Below are positions 50,100-62,806 of a stretch of DNA of 64,000 nt, piece by piece. Positions within the stretch are counted from its first letter, which is position 1, and each line of letters begins with the position of its first letter. Under the pieces are notes generated by a model. It searched no databases. It was not told where the DNA came from and was given only the letters and a program-made list of their open reading frames with translations. Position numbers and translations under genes: made by a program. The DNA comes from Utricularia gibba (lineage: Eukaryota; Plantae; Magnoliophyta): assembly GCA_002189035.1 (NCBI GenBank), contig CM007989.1:1922001-1986000 (forward strand), read 5' to 3'.

Positions 50100-53000
50100 A
50101 TGTCAGAGAACTCATCGCAGAAACACTCCTTAAATCGTGCCTCGTTAAAGAACTCGGAGTATAAAAAGCTCCATGTTGTGAGCTCCTCCAACGGTGAGGA
50201 TATCAAGAGTGAAGGTGCTCAGAACACTTCCCCCTGTGGTAATAACGGGTTTAGTACATTGGTAACTCGGAGAGAAAGACCACCCAGGGCGTGCACGCAA
50301 CGTGCAGCGGCAAGGCTGCAGTCTGCTGCTGATGAAGATGTTGCTGCTGCTGAGGCTGAGAGGAAAAAACGCAAGGCAAGCAGAAAAGAAAGGTTATCTG
50401 CAAGGCTGTTGAAGGAAGATGTGGACGTAGATGAGGAACTTCAGGGGTGGGAGATGAGGTAGATGGAGAGAGAGAAGAAAATGGGGATAGGGATGGCTCC
50501 TCTTCATTGTTACAATTTCACCGTAGCAAGATTATCACACCTCTGGTTGCAGAGCCAGAGGCCTCGCAATTGCCACGCTGGAGGATACGCTCTATGTGGC
50601 AGCTGGCTTCTGTTCTCAATTTCTTGAATGTATGTTCTCATTGGTAGGCTGATAACTGTATATTTCTTGGCTAATATAATTTAAATATTTTTAGCGGGTA
50701 TGTTCTGAATGTAGGTTTTTCGGCCCTTGGTGAATATTAAGGTGGAATTCTCAGCAGAGGAGTTAGAGACGGCACTAATCACTCCAAACAAGACTCTGGC
50801 GGACATACATATGCCACTGTTAAAGGTACTTTGATTTATCCTTTTTTATAGATGCTTGGTTCAGTACAACTGATTGTTCTTCTTGGAAAATGCATGTAGC
50901 CTTTTTATAAGCCTATTCATTTTTTTGACTTCAGTTTTCAAGAAATTTTGTTTTCTGGGAACTCTGATGCTAATAGTTGCTAAAGATTGCATTTTGGCAT
51001 GTCTTTCCATCGCTTCTCGTAGTTGCTACTTCAAATTGTTTACTAACCGTGTGTTAGTCTCTCTTATGTATGACATTTCCAAAATACATAGTTCAAACAT
51101 GTGTCTCCCTCGGTTTTTCTCTCATTTTTTTCTCTAAATTCGCCATGTTGTTCTACAATTTTCTTGAACTCGTGATATGAATGTATTATGCTTCCATAAT
51201 TGGCATAGACCTATTTATGATATCTATTGAGTTGGGAAAACGTACTGATACAATTTTTCTCCCGTAATCTATGTTTTGAGGCATGAATAGTTGATCCATT
51301 TCTCAAAAATCCTTTCCGTTTTTTTTTCCCTTAAGGCAATCCCTCCAGTCACTAGAATGGCACTCGGGCAGGCAACTTGGATCACTGTGTTGTGTAGGAA
51401 ATTAAGAGATTGGTGGCACTGGGTAATCTTGCTTTATTAATATCCTCTATTTTTGTCCGGTTGGAATTTTTCGTACTTATCACCCAATTTGCAGGTGGCT
51501 GAAGGAGATTTACCCATTGTCGCATCACATGGGTCAGTATAGTGAAGCTTTGAATTATCTGTGCAGATGAGAATGATTAAGAAGTTTTGAGTTATTAGAC
51601 TTTGTGCTTATGTTTTATAGGACTGAAGTTGAGTTATATCATAACCTTGATCCTGGGATCCGTGTGGTGATTCTGAAGGCATTATGTGACATTCGTGTTG
51701 AGGTATTGCTATTGTGTCTTTTTCCTATTTTAATTCCATGTAATGGGCTTGTTTTTTGTGTGTAGTTTTTACGCTACGTAACTTATGTGGTTGATGTGAT
51801 GAACAAGCCCATACCCTCAGATCATTCACACTTACTTTAGATTCCTTTTATTTGCAGCATCATTTCCTTTCTGCCTCTTTCAACCCATTCCCACCCCTAT
51901 ATTTCATGCAAATATTTTTTCCCCTTTCTTTAGTTGAGTTTTGGTGATTTCCGTCTTTTTCAAGAAGTAACTTTCTGTTCTTTTTTTCAGCAAGATGATA
52001 TAAGGAACTATATAGATTACTCAATAAAGCATAGCGTGAGAATGTCAGCATTTCGCAAAGAGCGTATAGGGGTGATTCCCGTGGAATCTCTTACTGGTAA
52101 AATAATGCCTTTTATTTTTTATTTGGATCACTCGAAATTTTCCTGCTGTATTAATGTACTTGTTATCTTGCATTGTGTGCACAGTCGCTTTGCTTTGTTT
52201 TGCATGGGCCCTTCATTTATTTATGTGTGGGGACTGGATGACGTTATACTTACCGTACAGGTTTGAGGATGATCCTGTCATAGGACATCGTCTTTATAGG
52301 GAGACTAGGAAATTTGAGGCGGTGAAAGGAAAAGGGAAAAGTGTACCACCTATTCCATATTCATCTTACCAGTGGGAGACCGTTGCCACTAATTTAGACG
52401 AGTTCCAGAATGTATCTGTGAGTTCTTGCTCTTCTTTAAATTACTCTTGAATTAGTTGTTAATAAAGGGATGTGAACCCAGAATAAATAAACTAATGTGC
52501 GGAATTTCCTGAGTAATTACCCGTATGTTTTTTCTTTAATAAGGTATTTTTTATGGGGTATGTATTTCATTTGACTATGAAATTTGGCCCTTTTGTATCT
52601 AGTTTATATGATTTTTTACGCCTATCTCGGGTTTGACTTGAACATTGCTAAAGCATATAACATCCTTTCAGCAATTTTGAGAGATTGTGTTTCATGTCAG
52701 ATTGCATTTTCTCTCATAAAAAACACATGTTCTTGTGCTACATCATTAGTATTGTGCATCTCCTTGCAGGAGAAGTTGTTCACAAGTGAAAATCGTACAG
52801 AAGTTTCTGTTGGAAGGAAATTGAAAAAGGACATGCTTCCTGAAATTGAGAAGGTTTACAAGGTTGTCTATTTTTTCAATATGCATTGCACATATTTGCT
52901 CCAATCTTCTTTCAGTTCTTTAGATCCATTATTTCTACACACAGATAAACTAGATGTGTATATTTTGGTTCTAGTTTAATGACCATAGCTATGTTTGCTT

Positions 53001-54408
53001 GCAGAAGAAGGAGAAACTACTAAAGAAACAACATCGGCAAGCACTTATGCTTGATAGCATGGTGAATTTGGACGGTCTTACTGGTGGTCGGTCACTTCGT
53101 GATAGGAAACCTGTTGCTTACACATTTGGTATGTGAAAATCATGAATTATTGCAACACTTTACTGGTGTCTATTGGGTTTTTTTTTTTTTTTTTTTGCCG
53201 CAAGTTGTGATTAATGGTCGGGAGTGTTTCAATTCAAAATCTTATCATGATTTATCATTTGAGCAGATGATTATGATCGAACAATAAATGAGGCAATCAA
53301 GATTACCAAGTAGGCATCTCTTAGAGCTCTTGAGATCCTTCTGTAATTTCCACAGATACTTATTTTGCTACCCATATGTTATTCAGGAAGAGACAGATGT
53401 CACCAGATGTTTCTCATGGGAGAGATCCTTCTGTAAAATTTGAGCCGTGTACTAGTGGAAGATTGGGTGATCCTGCACATGATCATCTATCTGAACAATT
53501 TAGTACATCATGGCCTAAATTTCAAGATGACAATGAGGTTTATGATGAGCAAAATGTGGCCATCTTGGAAACTAGGTAATCCTTTTCCCTCTCATTAAAT
53601 CTACTGTCTTTTCCATTTTTTTTTCTTGTTCACATAGCACACTCATCCTTGGTATATGGCCCATAGCAATCGCCAAAGACGGAGGCCTCAGCGTTATTCT
53701 GTGAAAGAATTGATGGATGTCTCGGATAATGATTTGGACTTTGATGATGAAGATGATGATGATGACATTGTTGGTGAAGTTGTGTATGATGATGAATATC
53801 TGAGGAAACGAAAACAAAGAAAGATATCAAGTAGCTCTGAAGGTGATGAGGAATATCATTTGGAGGAGGAGACTCATGATGATGATGAAGATGATGACAA
53901 CATGACCACAAGTGAGGAAAGTGATGTGCCGTCCCGGTTAAAGGCGCCGGTGGGTAGGACAAGGCGGGAAACAAAATTGAGGTCTGTTGGTGAATTGCAG
54001 TCTGGCCTGAGGCGGAGTAAAAGGGCTACCAGAAATCGCATCAACTATAGGCAGTACGAGCTGTCTGAAACGGATTCTGAAACAATGAAACCTGAGAAGC
54101 CAAGTAAATTAGACATGATCTCCAATGAAAGCAATGGTGCTGAATCCTCAAGGAGCAGTGAAGACAGCGATGAGAACAAACAGAACCTCCGTCATCCTAT
54201 TGAAAATCATCATGAGGTTTCTTGTACAAGGGAAATTGATCCTATGACTGAACATTTGAATAACCCTGCTAAGGAGGAAAATGCTGATCATGAAGATGTT
54301 GAAGATGTTGGAAAAAGACGTTTCCTTGATCTGAATGAGCTTGCTCCAGTATCAGGGTTTGAAGATGGGTCCAACTTGATGGGAGATGATAGCAGAGATG
54401 GCTTCTAA
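50100..54408 (+). CDS. DDR4: DDT/WHIM-domain chromatin protein, DDR4-like; two apparent frameshifts
   Basis: Motifs: RERPPRAC, LRSMW-like IRSMWQLASVLNFL, WITVLCRKLRDWWHWVAEG, RVVILKALCDIRVE, WFEDDPVIGHRLYRE, QWETVATN, GRSLRDRKP, acidic tract, LRRSKRATR and terminal FLDLNELAP. The frame breaks at 50444-50447 and 52069-52072. Confidence 0.88.
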
Positions 54409-56114
54409 GTTTGTCCACCATCGGACAGGATACATACTGGTCCCAAGGTGGAAAACCATTTTTTAAGCTGTTGTATCAGATGGAAACTCCATCAAGGAAG
54501 TTGATGTTAAAAGATGCTTCTGTGGGAAACTTAAGTAGCATTCTTGATGCAGTTAATTCGTGTTTTCATGCTGAGAAAGTGTAGTAGATTTAGCTGTTTC
54601 ACAATAGTACCTTTGAGGAGATAGGGGCAGGGCCCAAATTTTATGTGGAAAGAAAATGAATGAGGAGTATTTACTCTCATTGTACCATAACCACTTTACT
54701 AATGATATTTGAATCAAAATTCTTCATCAGGAACTTTGCCCTTCTGTTGATGTGACATTAGCCAAAGCTACAACAGGTTGGTTGGTCTTTTGATGACCCA
54801 TACCTGAAGACTTACTGCGCCTTCTTCGTTGACTGCTTCACGTTTACAAGGAGAACAAGACTCAGCCAGATCAGCACGTCTCCCATTCATCATAGGCTTG
54901 GCTTGCCCATGGAAATGAGGATAAAGAAACCTCATGTCAGAATAGAAATGACTTACATCTCGTAAGTTGTTTGGGTCTAGCAAGTGGTAAGACTCTTTTC
55001 CTTCAGGCCGCTTATTCTCCATCCTCGAAGAGCACGAAGTAAGGATAACTCTGGCAATATATTTGTCATCACTCCTGCGTCCCTGTTATCCTCAGGCAGA
55101 ACAATCTGAAAGGAGACAGAAGACATGGACAAGGAGGATAAGTGCTCAAGGTTGGGATTATTTTCGTTCATCTTTCTTACTGTCTCTTCTTTTCTTCCAG
55201 TGACCCTTTTCACTGTGGCTGGAGATTTCCTTCTTGTAATCCATTTTGAGGAAAATATCCTGTTAATGAAATTGCATTTCACTGGGGCACAAAGAGATGT
55301 TCTCCAGTGATTCTGCACCGATGGAAAAGCCGGACAACAAGAAAAACAAGGCAACACATAAGGGATTATAAGGGCAGCACCCCCTCTCTATTCTTACACT
55401 TCTTCAAAAGACGTCTCCCTTCTTAAGCCTACTCAAACACCTCACTCCCTCCTGCTTTTAAACATCTCTTGGGGATGAAGGGAGGGCCCTGAAAGGTAAG
55501 TCTTTTCACAGAAGCCAAGGAGGCGAATGATATAACGGCTTACTCCTTATTTAGGTGAAGAGATTTCTTATGCAGTATCTCCATTCTGTGTAGCAGTTTG
55601 AACTAATATTTAGAGGATGATCTGCTTGTTAATATTTGAAGCATTGTCATAAGCCTGCGTGTTACTTCTCCTTTCCCAGCTTCTTCTTCCGAACAGAAGA
55701 TTGAACCAACATGCCGCTCGCATCATTTAAATCATCAGATTTGCGAATGTTGTCCTTCACCATAACAATCTACAATAGGGAGTTCGAACACATGATGGGG
55801 AAACACAGGTCTGATATTCTGGATTGCAGATATACTTAGGCTCCCCTAGGTCCTCAATTGCAAAAGTTAACATTTTATTCTTTGGAACATTTAAAATAAA
55901 AATAAAAGACAAAGGCCGATCAATATGTCTTCGCTGGTAGGTAGAAGGTAAAAGGTAAGGTTCAAATGAGAGAACTTTAACCTTGTTCTCCTACAAGAAG
56001 ATACTGGACCGGACCTCGGGTATGTTCTGCATCACATGTGAGGGATGATCCACAAAGCAGAGATCTTGCTCACAAGGTTTACCCTAAAATGACCCAAAAG
56101 AAAGGGCAAGTTGT

Positions 56115-57431
56115 TCACACGGTTTCAGAATCGATCTGCACTCTCTTTTTACCCCTTCCTTTGCTTGTAGCAGCACCCTCTTCCTGCTGCTCAGCTTTCT
56201 TTTGGGCTCGAAGCAGAGCCCTTCTAACACGAGGTCGCATCTCTCGCACTTGTCTTGGAGGCATTATGTACGGCTCAATGGGCCTATCACCAAAAGGGTG
56301 CTCACTACCGGTAAAGATCCGCAATTTTCTGTCTCGTTCCTGAAAAAGAATGGTGCAAGTTATCAGCTACTGAACATAAGTGACCAGTACCTAGCGAAGG
56401 ATCAGAGCCCCTTTCCCAAACATTACATTGCAAGGTTTCTCCCAAACACTTTTTCTTTAACTATCAAGAAAAAACCTATATTTCCACCAAGCCAATACCA
56501 AATTGAAGTTTTATCTCTTAAAAGAAGATGATTCACAGCAGATGGTTTATCTTCATGGATCATCACAGCAAGGCATAGGTATTCAACAAGAAAGACTGAA
56601 TTAATGTAACAATCTGGTATGCAAAACACTCCACTTTAAACTTGAAAATTGTAGCCCACCATCAAGCTAGATGGTAAACATGTGACTCGGAGGGAGTATG
56701 ACACTTCAAGAATAGAAGTCTGAAAAATATTGCCAAGAAAATAATGCATCCGAAACAACTCACATCTCGTAATTTATTTCTTGGGAGCATCCGTAAAACA
56801 GCTTTGCGAATAACATCTGTAGGATCCCTGGCCATCTGATCCTTCAAATTTCTTTCCTTAAGGTGACCTATGTACCTGAGCATCTAACAAGTCAATTCTT
56901 TAACATCAAAAAATAATAGACTGACTGCACCATTTCCATGAAATTTGAAAACATCCTGTAGACTACACATGAAAAGCTGAAGATGGTAACTTGCCCCGTA
57001 TGCCAACGATAGAACTTGTCAGTCATTTTCTTTCCGGTAACACAAACATCTTTCGCATTGACAACAATGCACATATCTCCATCATCCCTATACGGCACAT
57101 ATGTAGGTTTATCCTTCCCCTGGATCACGGTTGAAATCTGAGATGCTAATCTCCCAATACCTGAATCAAGAATCCTAGTACTTTATCGATTTCAAAAGCG
57201 CAAGTGAGAAACACCGTAGTATAAGAAAATCCAACCTGTCCCTTTGCATCAAAGACCCTCCATCTCAGACCTTCCAAATTTATCCGGTTAAGCCCAGCAA
57301 GTGCTTTACTGTAGGCCTTAGTGACCATCCTCTGATCAGCAAAAAACCACCACGGGATCACAATGGCATCAGTACAAACAAAATGACAGCGAAATACATT
57401 TTGAATTCGTGTTGAAACTCAAGCTCACCAT
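56115..57431 (-). CDS. RPL13: Ribosomal protein uL13, mitochondrial type; one apparent frameshift at 57153-57155; possible ATG-only first exon (57429-57431)
   Basis: Motifs: [24 protein letters not shown]|VLGRLASQI, GKDKPTY, YRWHTG|[33 protein letters not shown]. The C-terminal extension is typical of the plant mitochondrial form. Confidence 0.93.
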
Positions 57432-57719
57432 CGTGGCGGACGTTTTTTAGGTTTCGTTTCTGAAATATATTCTAGTATTCTGCTGTAGAAAAAAAACAAC
57501 AAGAGAGAGGAGTTTATAGCAGATAGAATAGCAATACGCAGATTCTAGGGTTGTGTTTCTCAGAAATTTGAAGAACAAGAGTTCTTCTCAACACAATTCA
57601 ACGGTGCTTCAAAAATCACTCACTTGGAGAACCTACAGGACCCAGAGCAGCGGCGCTTTGCGGCATAAACGCATGGAACGCTCTTGCTGCTCGAGCTCCC
57701 CAGGGGAGAGGACAAACAA

Positions 57720-57810
57720 TGGGCCAAACACAAATGAAAGCCCAGAGGCCTATCGTCCATACCTTTGAGTTAACAGTATCAGGCCCAACGTACAAATACC
57801 ACTTGGCCCA
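57720..57810. promoter_or_regulatory. Four site II elements in the uL13m / DHH bidirectional promoter
   Basis: TGGGCC at 57720-57725, AGCCCA at 57739-57744, GGCCCA at 57782-57787 and GGCCCA at 57805-57810. Confidence 0.7.
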
Positions 57811-57938
57811 ACTTCAATTGAAGATTCGGCTCTCTTCATCTCACTGGCGAGCAAATGGAAGAAGAGGGTGCTACTGCTGTCTTGCGTCTTCATACACCTT
57901 GTTGCTCGCCATAGGCTGAATGTATTGCGGTTATTCTT

Positions 57939-59865
57939 ATGAGAGCAAGGAATTTGTTTGTTTTCATCCGCAAGTTTCGGTCGGAAGTGGCTTTGGAAGC
58001 TATACGCAATGCGTCGGAGAAGGCGACTCCAAACCTGGTTTTGTACAATTATCCATCGTATTCCGGAGCCTACGGAGCCCTTTTCGCGCACTTGTATCAT
58101 TCTCGGCTCAGCATCCCCTGCCTCATTCTGCCATTTTCTGCCTCCGTACCCTTCAGGTTTACGACTGTTTTGGATATAAGTCCTGATGTTTACATCTAAT
58201 TTGGCTCTTGTTATTTTTTTCCAAATAATCGCTCTCCTTCTGGCGTCGCTCTATAGTGTTGAAGATCTGTGCATTCAAGGCATGAAGACATGCTATTTAC
58301 TCGACTTTTTTGGCCCAGAAGGTTTTGCTTTGGAGCTTTCCAACCGAACATCATGCAGGTGACTTCATCCCCCAATTCTTCTGATTGGGATATTTTGCAT
58401 GTGTTTTTTCTCTATGTCTAAGTAAACAATTTCTCTATATAGGATTGTTGGATTTGATCACCGAAAATTATCGCTCTCCCGTACCAGAAGTTCTGATCCA
58501 AAAGTTACTTTCCATCTTGATGTTGAGAAAAGCAGCTCCTTGGCTGCTTATGGATATTTCTCTGCTAAATTTTCTGAGATCAAATGTCATAGGGTAAGTG
58601 TCAGGAAGAACAAGTCTATATTGCTTGTATTTCTTTATTGTCATTGTTGTCTTTCTTTGATGCTAGTTTTGTGCATAATGTTTCATAGCTCGACCTTTAG
58701 AATGGCAGGATGATTGCATAAGCCTTCTAAACCATGAACAGCAGGAAAGGCTTGAGCCTGTTCTCAAATACATAGAAGATGTAGATCTACGACGTTGGAG
58801 TTTACCCAACATTAGACCATTTTTTGCTGGACTAAGGCAGTGGCTCCCAAAAATGAACTGCATCACTAACGCATGCATGTACCAGCAGGTTCAAATATTA
58901 GTTTTGTACTAAAATATTTATATGAATACTTTTGGAATCATTGACAAGAAATGGTGGTAAGTTAGATATATGGCTAGTTGGAGTTGCATTAAGCATTTAT
59001 GTTAATGATGTTTCAATGCTTTAGATATCGGCTCTTTGTTCAGTTGCGCCTCAGTATTGCAACATTAGATCATTTTGGTTGTCTTGATGCTAATTCCATG
59101 AGCTTCATCTAATACAGTCTGCATTCGGAGATTGTTGAATTAATTTTGCTTCCGATTTCTATAAACCAGTTGATGGGGATTGGCGTACCAGACTTGATTG
59201 GTCTGGGAAAGACATATATTTCTCAAAGGCAGATTGATTCAAATAACTTGCTGCAGAAGGTTTTCACACTACGTTTGGGTCGAGGGTTTTATGGGGAGTG
59301 TCTGGTAACTGAATTTCTTCTATATATTTGTAACTAAATCAATTTCATATTAGTTACTAAAGTCAATTACACTACATTAAGCGGGTTTCTCTTGCTGCTG
59401 CTTAGGGTGTGAGGGCTGATGGGAACTCAAATTTCTGCGATGAAATGGGCAAAGAACTCAGCAGGAGGAGTGCCTTGGCTGGCCTTAGGTGAGTGAGTTT
59501 TTTCCAAATCCTAAATATTCCTCGGTGGTTTTAAGATTTTGTGATAATGAAACAGGCCTATTGGAGCTGTCATATACATGAAGCGCAAGAATCTTAAAAT
59601 ATCCCTGAGAACTACTGACAACTACACAGATACTTCTCAAATAGCGAAGGTTCACCCTACATGAATTCTTTGTAATGTTTTCTAATAAAAAATGTTCGTT
59701 GTAAAAGTATTACCATCATGATTATACTGAAATACGCAGGCATATGGTGGAGGGGGCTTTCGAAGTTCAAGCTCATTTATGATCCGTATGGATGAATATA
59801 ATCTTTGGCGTCTGGGAAGTCGAGATGACCCTTATCAAGTATGTAGCCATTTTTACCGTAACTAG
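57939..59865 (+). CDS. Uncharacterised DHH/DHHA1 phosphoesterase-fold protein, at least 8 exons (alternative spliced end at 60014)
   Basis: Motifs: NLVLYNYPSYSGAYGALFAHL, CYLLDF, IVGFDHR, KYIEDVDLRRWSLP, RLGRGFYGECLGVRADG, LKISLR and AKAYGGGG (DHHA1 Gly motif). The exons join via GT-AG. Confidence 0.75.
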
Positions 59866-61089
59866 GAGATTTCATTTCTTCGTTTGAGTGATGAATTTGA
59901 CATACTGTCTCGTGATGCCCCTTTTAATGTTACATATATGTGCTATTTCAGTGGCCATCACCTGTTCCAGAAAAGTATACCGTTATACCCTCCTCGCTTG
60001 AAGTAGAACAGTAACATGGCTGCTCTCACATCCATCATTGCACTAAGAATTCCCGGCTCCCGCAAACCCCCCACCATCTTCCTTTTGGGTAATGTTCAAT
60101 TATTCTGCTCAGGGTTTGTTAGAACTACTACAGCAATTTCGTGATCAATAAAAGTACATCACATTGTTGTAATAAGATCCTTGTTCGATAGAGAGTGGGC
60201 AGGCAGGTTCTTTCTTTAGTAAATTGGCCTGGGTTTGTTGATGCAGATCATCTGAAAGCTGCAGGCTGCAGCGATCAATGAAGAAGCGGATCACAGATGA
60301 AGCAAGGGTGACCCTGATCAAGGACAGGAGAAAAGTTGCACATATTGGATAAAATGATGTTTGTTTGTGTAGGTCACATGACATGCCGTATGGGATTGTA
60401 CTGAACTATGTGTTATCCAAGCTTTAATCTTAGATCTTGTTCCTTAATGTGGTTATCTCGTTATCCAATATCAGGGCTCCCGTGGTGCATGCAGGGCCCT
60501 GGCATGCCAAATGAGATATGTCGAGGATTGTGAGCAGTATGCTGGTGAACTTGAAAGACATTACGAAATGTCTAATAGATTGTTTAATTGTTTAAATATT
60601 CGTGTATTGACAATAATATATATTTAATAAATTAATTTAATAATAAATATATTTGTTATAAATATATGTATTAAATACGAAATTATTTTAAATATATGTA
60701 TTTTAATTTTATATCAAATAAGTTTTTAATTTTAATCATATAATACACATTTATTTAAATACAAATAACTCAAATATATTATTAAATATATTATATTACC
60801 AAAATATCCTTAAAATAATATTAAAATAATTGGATATGCAATTCTTAAACGTAAATTATAAACGAGTGTTTATTTAAAATAATAATAATAATAAAACTTG
60901 AAATGTACAGTGGGTATAGTTGGAATATCAAGAAGTTGAAGAGCTTGTCCGTAATAAATGCATTTTTGGGACTGAAAGTGTAGTTTCCCAAACAGAGGGT
61001 GGCGGTCAATGTAAAATTTGTGGAAGTAAAAGGACTTGCTGACTCTCATCTAAGATCGCAGCTCTCTGGAAGGAAGGGAAAAGAGGGTA

Positions 61090-62222
61090 ATGGCGTTTCT
61101 GCTGAATAAAACCGCTCTCTCTGCTTTGCGGCTCCGATCCCAGGTATCGCTGATTGTGTCTTCATCGTTTGCATTATTTGTCTATGTCGGTAAGATTGAT
61201 TACCCGCGGTATGAATTGATGGCTCTTCTTTTATTTTCTGATTAGAAAGTTCAAGATTCGCCTGCGATCTCAAGGCGTGGGCTTCACGTGGAGCCCGGCG
61301 CTCGCGAGAAAGCTGTGAGTTTTGTGTTATACGTCTAAGTGATGGACACGGCATCGTCTCCATATGCTGTTTTTTTTTTATAATCGGGCGAGATTAGGCA
61401 TATTGATCATATTGATTGTGGTGTGTGAGTTCCATCTTTGACCTAGTTTTAAAGTTATAAGATTGGATTTTTCCCTCAGATTAAAAATCTTCCCGCCCCT
61501 TGTGTAAGGGTAATTAGCTAATTTGGCGTAGAGATTAAGTGCGCAAGATCCGTGCCTTTTGCAACCCGCTATGAACACTTTTTTTTTTTTTTTTTTGAAG
61601 TTTTTGGCACCTCTGTGGATTATATATCTTGAGCACTCTTCAAACTAGGAATGCATAATGTTAGTTAAATCATGTTGTTGGCAGAGGGTGCAGTAATGAC
61701 AGTGGCATTTTTCTATCTTTAGCATTATGTTTGCTCAAGGGTTCATATTTATATTCAAGGAGAAAAAAGAAGTTATCTAATGTGATAAAGTCTTGAGGCT
61801 ACAACAGCCTCCTTTGGAATTTTATGGTGGTTCTCTATTTTCTGGGGGGGTTCATTTGTTTGTGTATTCCTCTTAAATTCTATAGCTTTTGGCGGACGAC
61901 CCATCATTGAAACGCTTCAAGTCACATAAAAAGAGTGTGCATCGTCTCAAGCTTGCTGGTGATGTGCTCACGATCATAGTGGTAGCGGGTATGCCATTTT
62001 TTAGCAGATAAACTGCTTCTTGTTGCTGCCGTTTTGTCAGCCTCTTGATTTGGTTAATCCTCATCTGGTGAAGTTTCATTTTCATGTTGCAAATGTATAG
62101 TCTTCATTTTTAGTCAGATTCCCTTCATACCGAATCTTTTTCACTCAGGATGCTGCTATGAGATCTACGTCAAGGCCATCACGCGCGAGGAAGCTCGCAA
62201 GAAAGTCAGTGAAAGTGCTTAG
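61090..62222 (+). CDS. SDH7: Succinate dehydrogenase subunit 7 (plant-specific, mitochondrial), 4 exons
   Basis: Spliced product: [18 protein letters not shown]|[23 protein letters not shown]|[35 protein letters not shown]|[23 protein letters not shown]. Confidence 0.92.
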
Positions 62223-62806
62223 GTGTTCTTGAGTCATTCGTAATAATCCCCAAGGCCCCCCAAGGCTCGTCTGGGTACGCGAGCGAGTCAAAATGCAAGA
62301 GCAGCAGCATCTCTTTGTTTTTCAGGTGAATCATGTGTTTGATGGAATACGCCATCCATTCCATAATAAGCACTTGTTGACACGGTACAATGTTATATGA
62401 GATGCATGTCATAGATGGCAGATTTATCTGAGTTGAACAAGTTCCCTTTTTCCCCTTGGTGTAGGAAGCATCAAATATAACATTAAGAGCCCGCTCCCTA
62501 AAGTTTCAAACTTTGTGCAGATAATATTACTTAAGCTATGAATTCTACACTTGGATATTGTCATCTTATTATACAGAGCAAGTCTGCCCTCAAAAGCAGC
62601 AGAAAGATGAGTTCAGACTTCAAAGTGCATAAGGTTGGCTTGGGGAGAGGTGGCTTCAAGTGGTATTGGTTCATTTTACAGCAACATTGACGCAAATGCA
62701 ACAGTAACAAGGAATAATTAATCTGATACGCCTGTTGAAGATGCTTCTTGTACCTCATAACCAAGTGCAGGGAAGACGAAGTAATTGGAAGTGAAGAGAG
62801 TAATGA

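Noticed and set aside
53570-53670. Apparent phase mismatch before the last DDR4 exon
   Set aside because: The acceptor CCCATAG|CAATCGC gives in-frame SNRQRRRPQRY, so no frameshift is needed.
58592-58708. Apparent phase mismatch between DHH exons 3 and 4 (possible 12th frameshift)
   Set aside because: A downstream acceptor (GGCAG|GATGAT) restores the frame without any indel.
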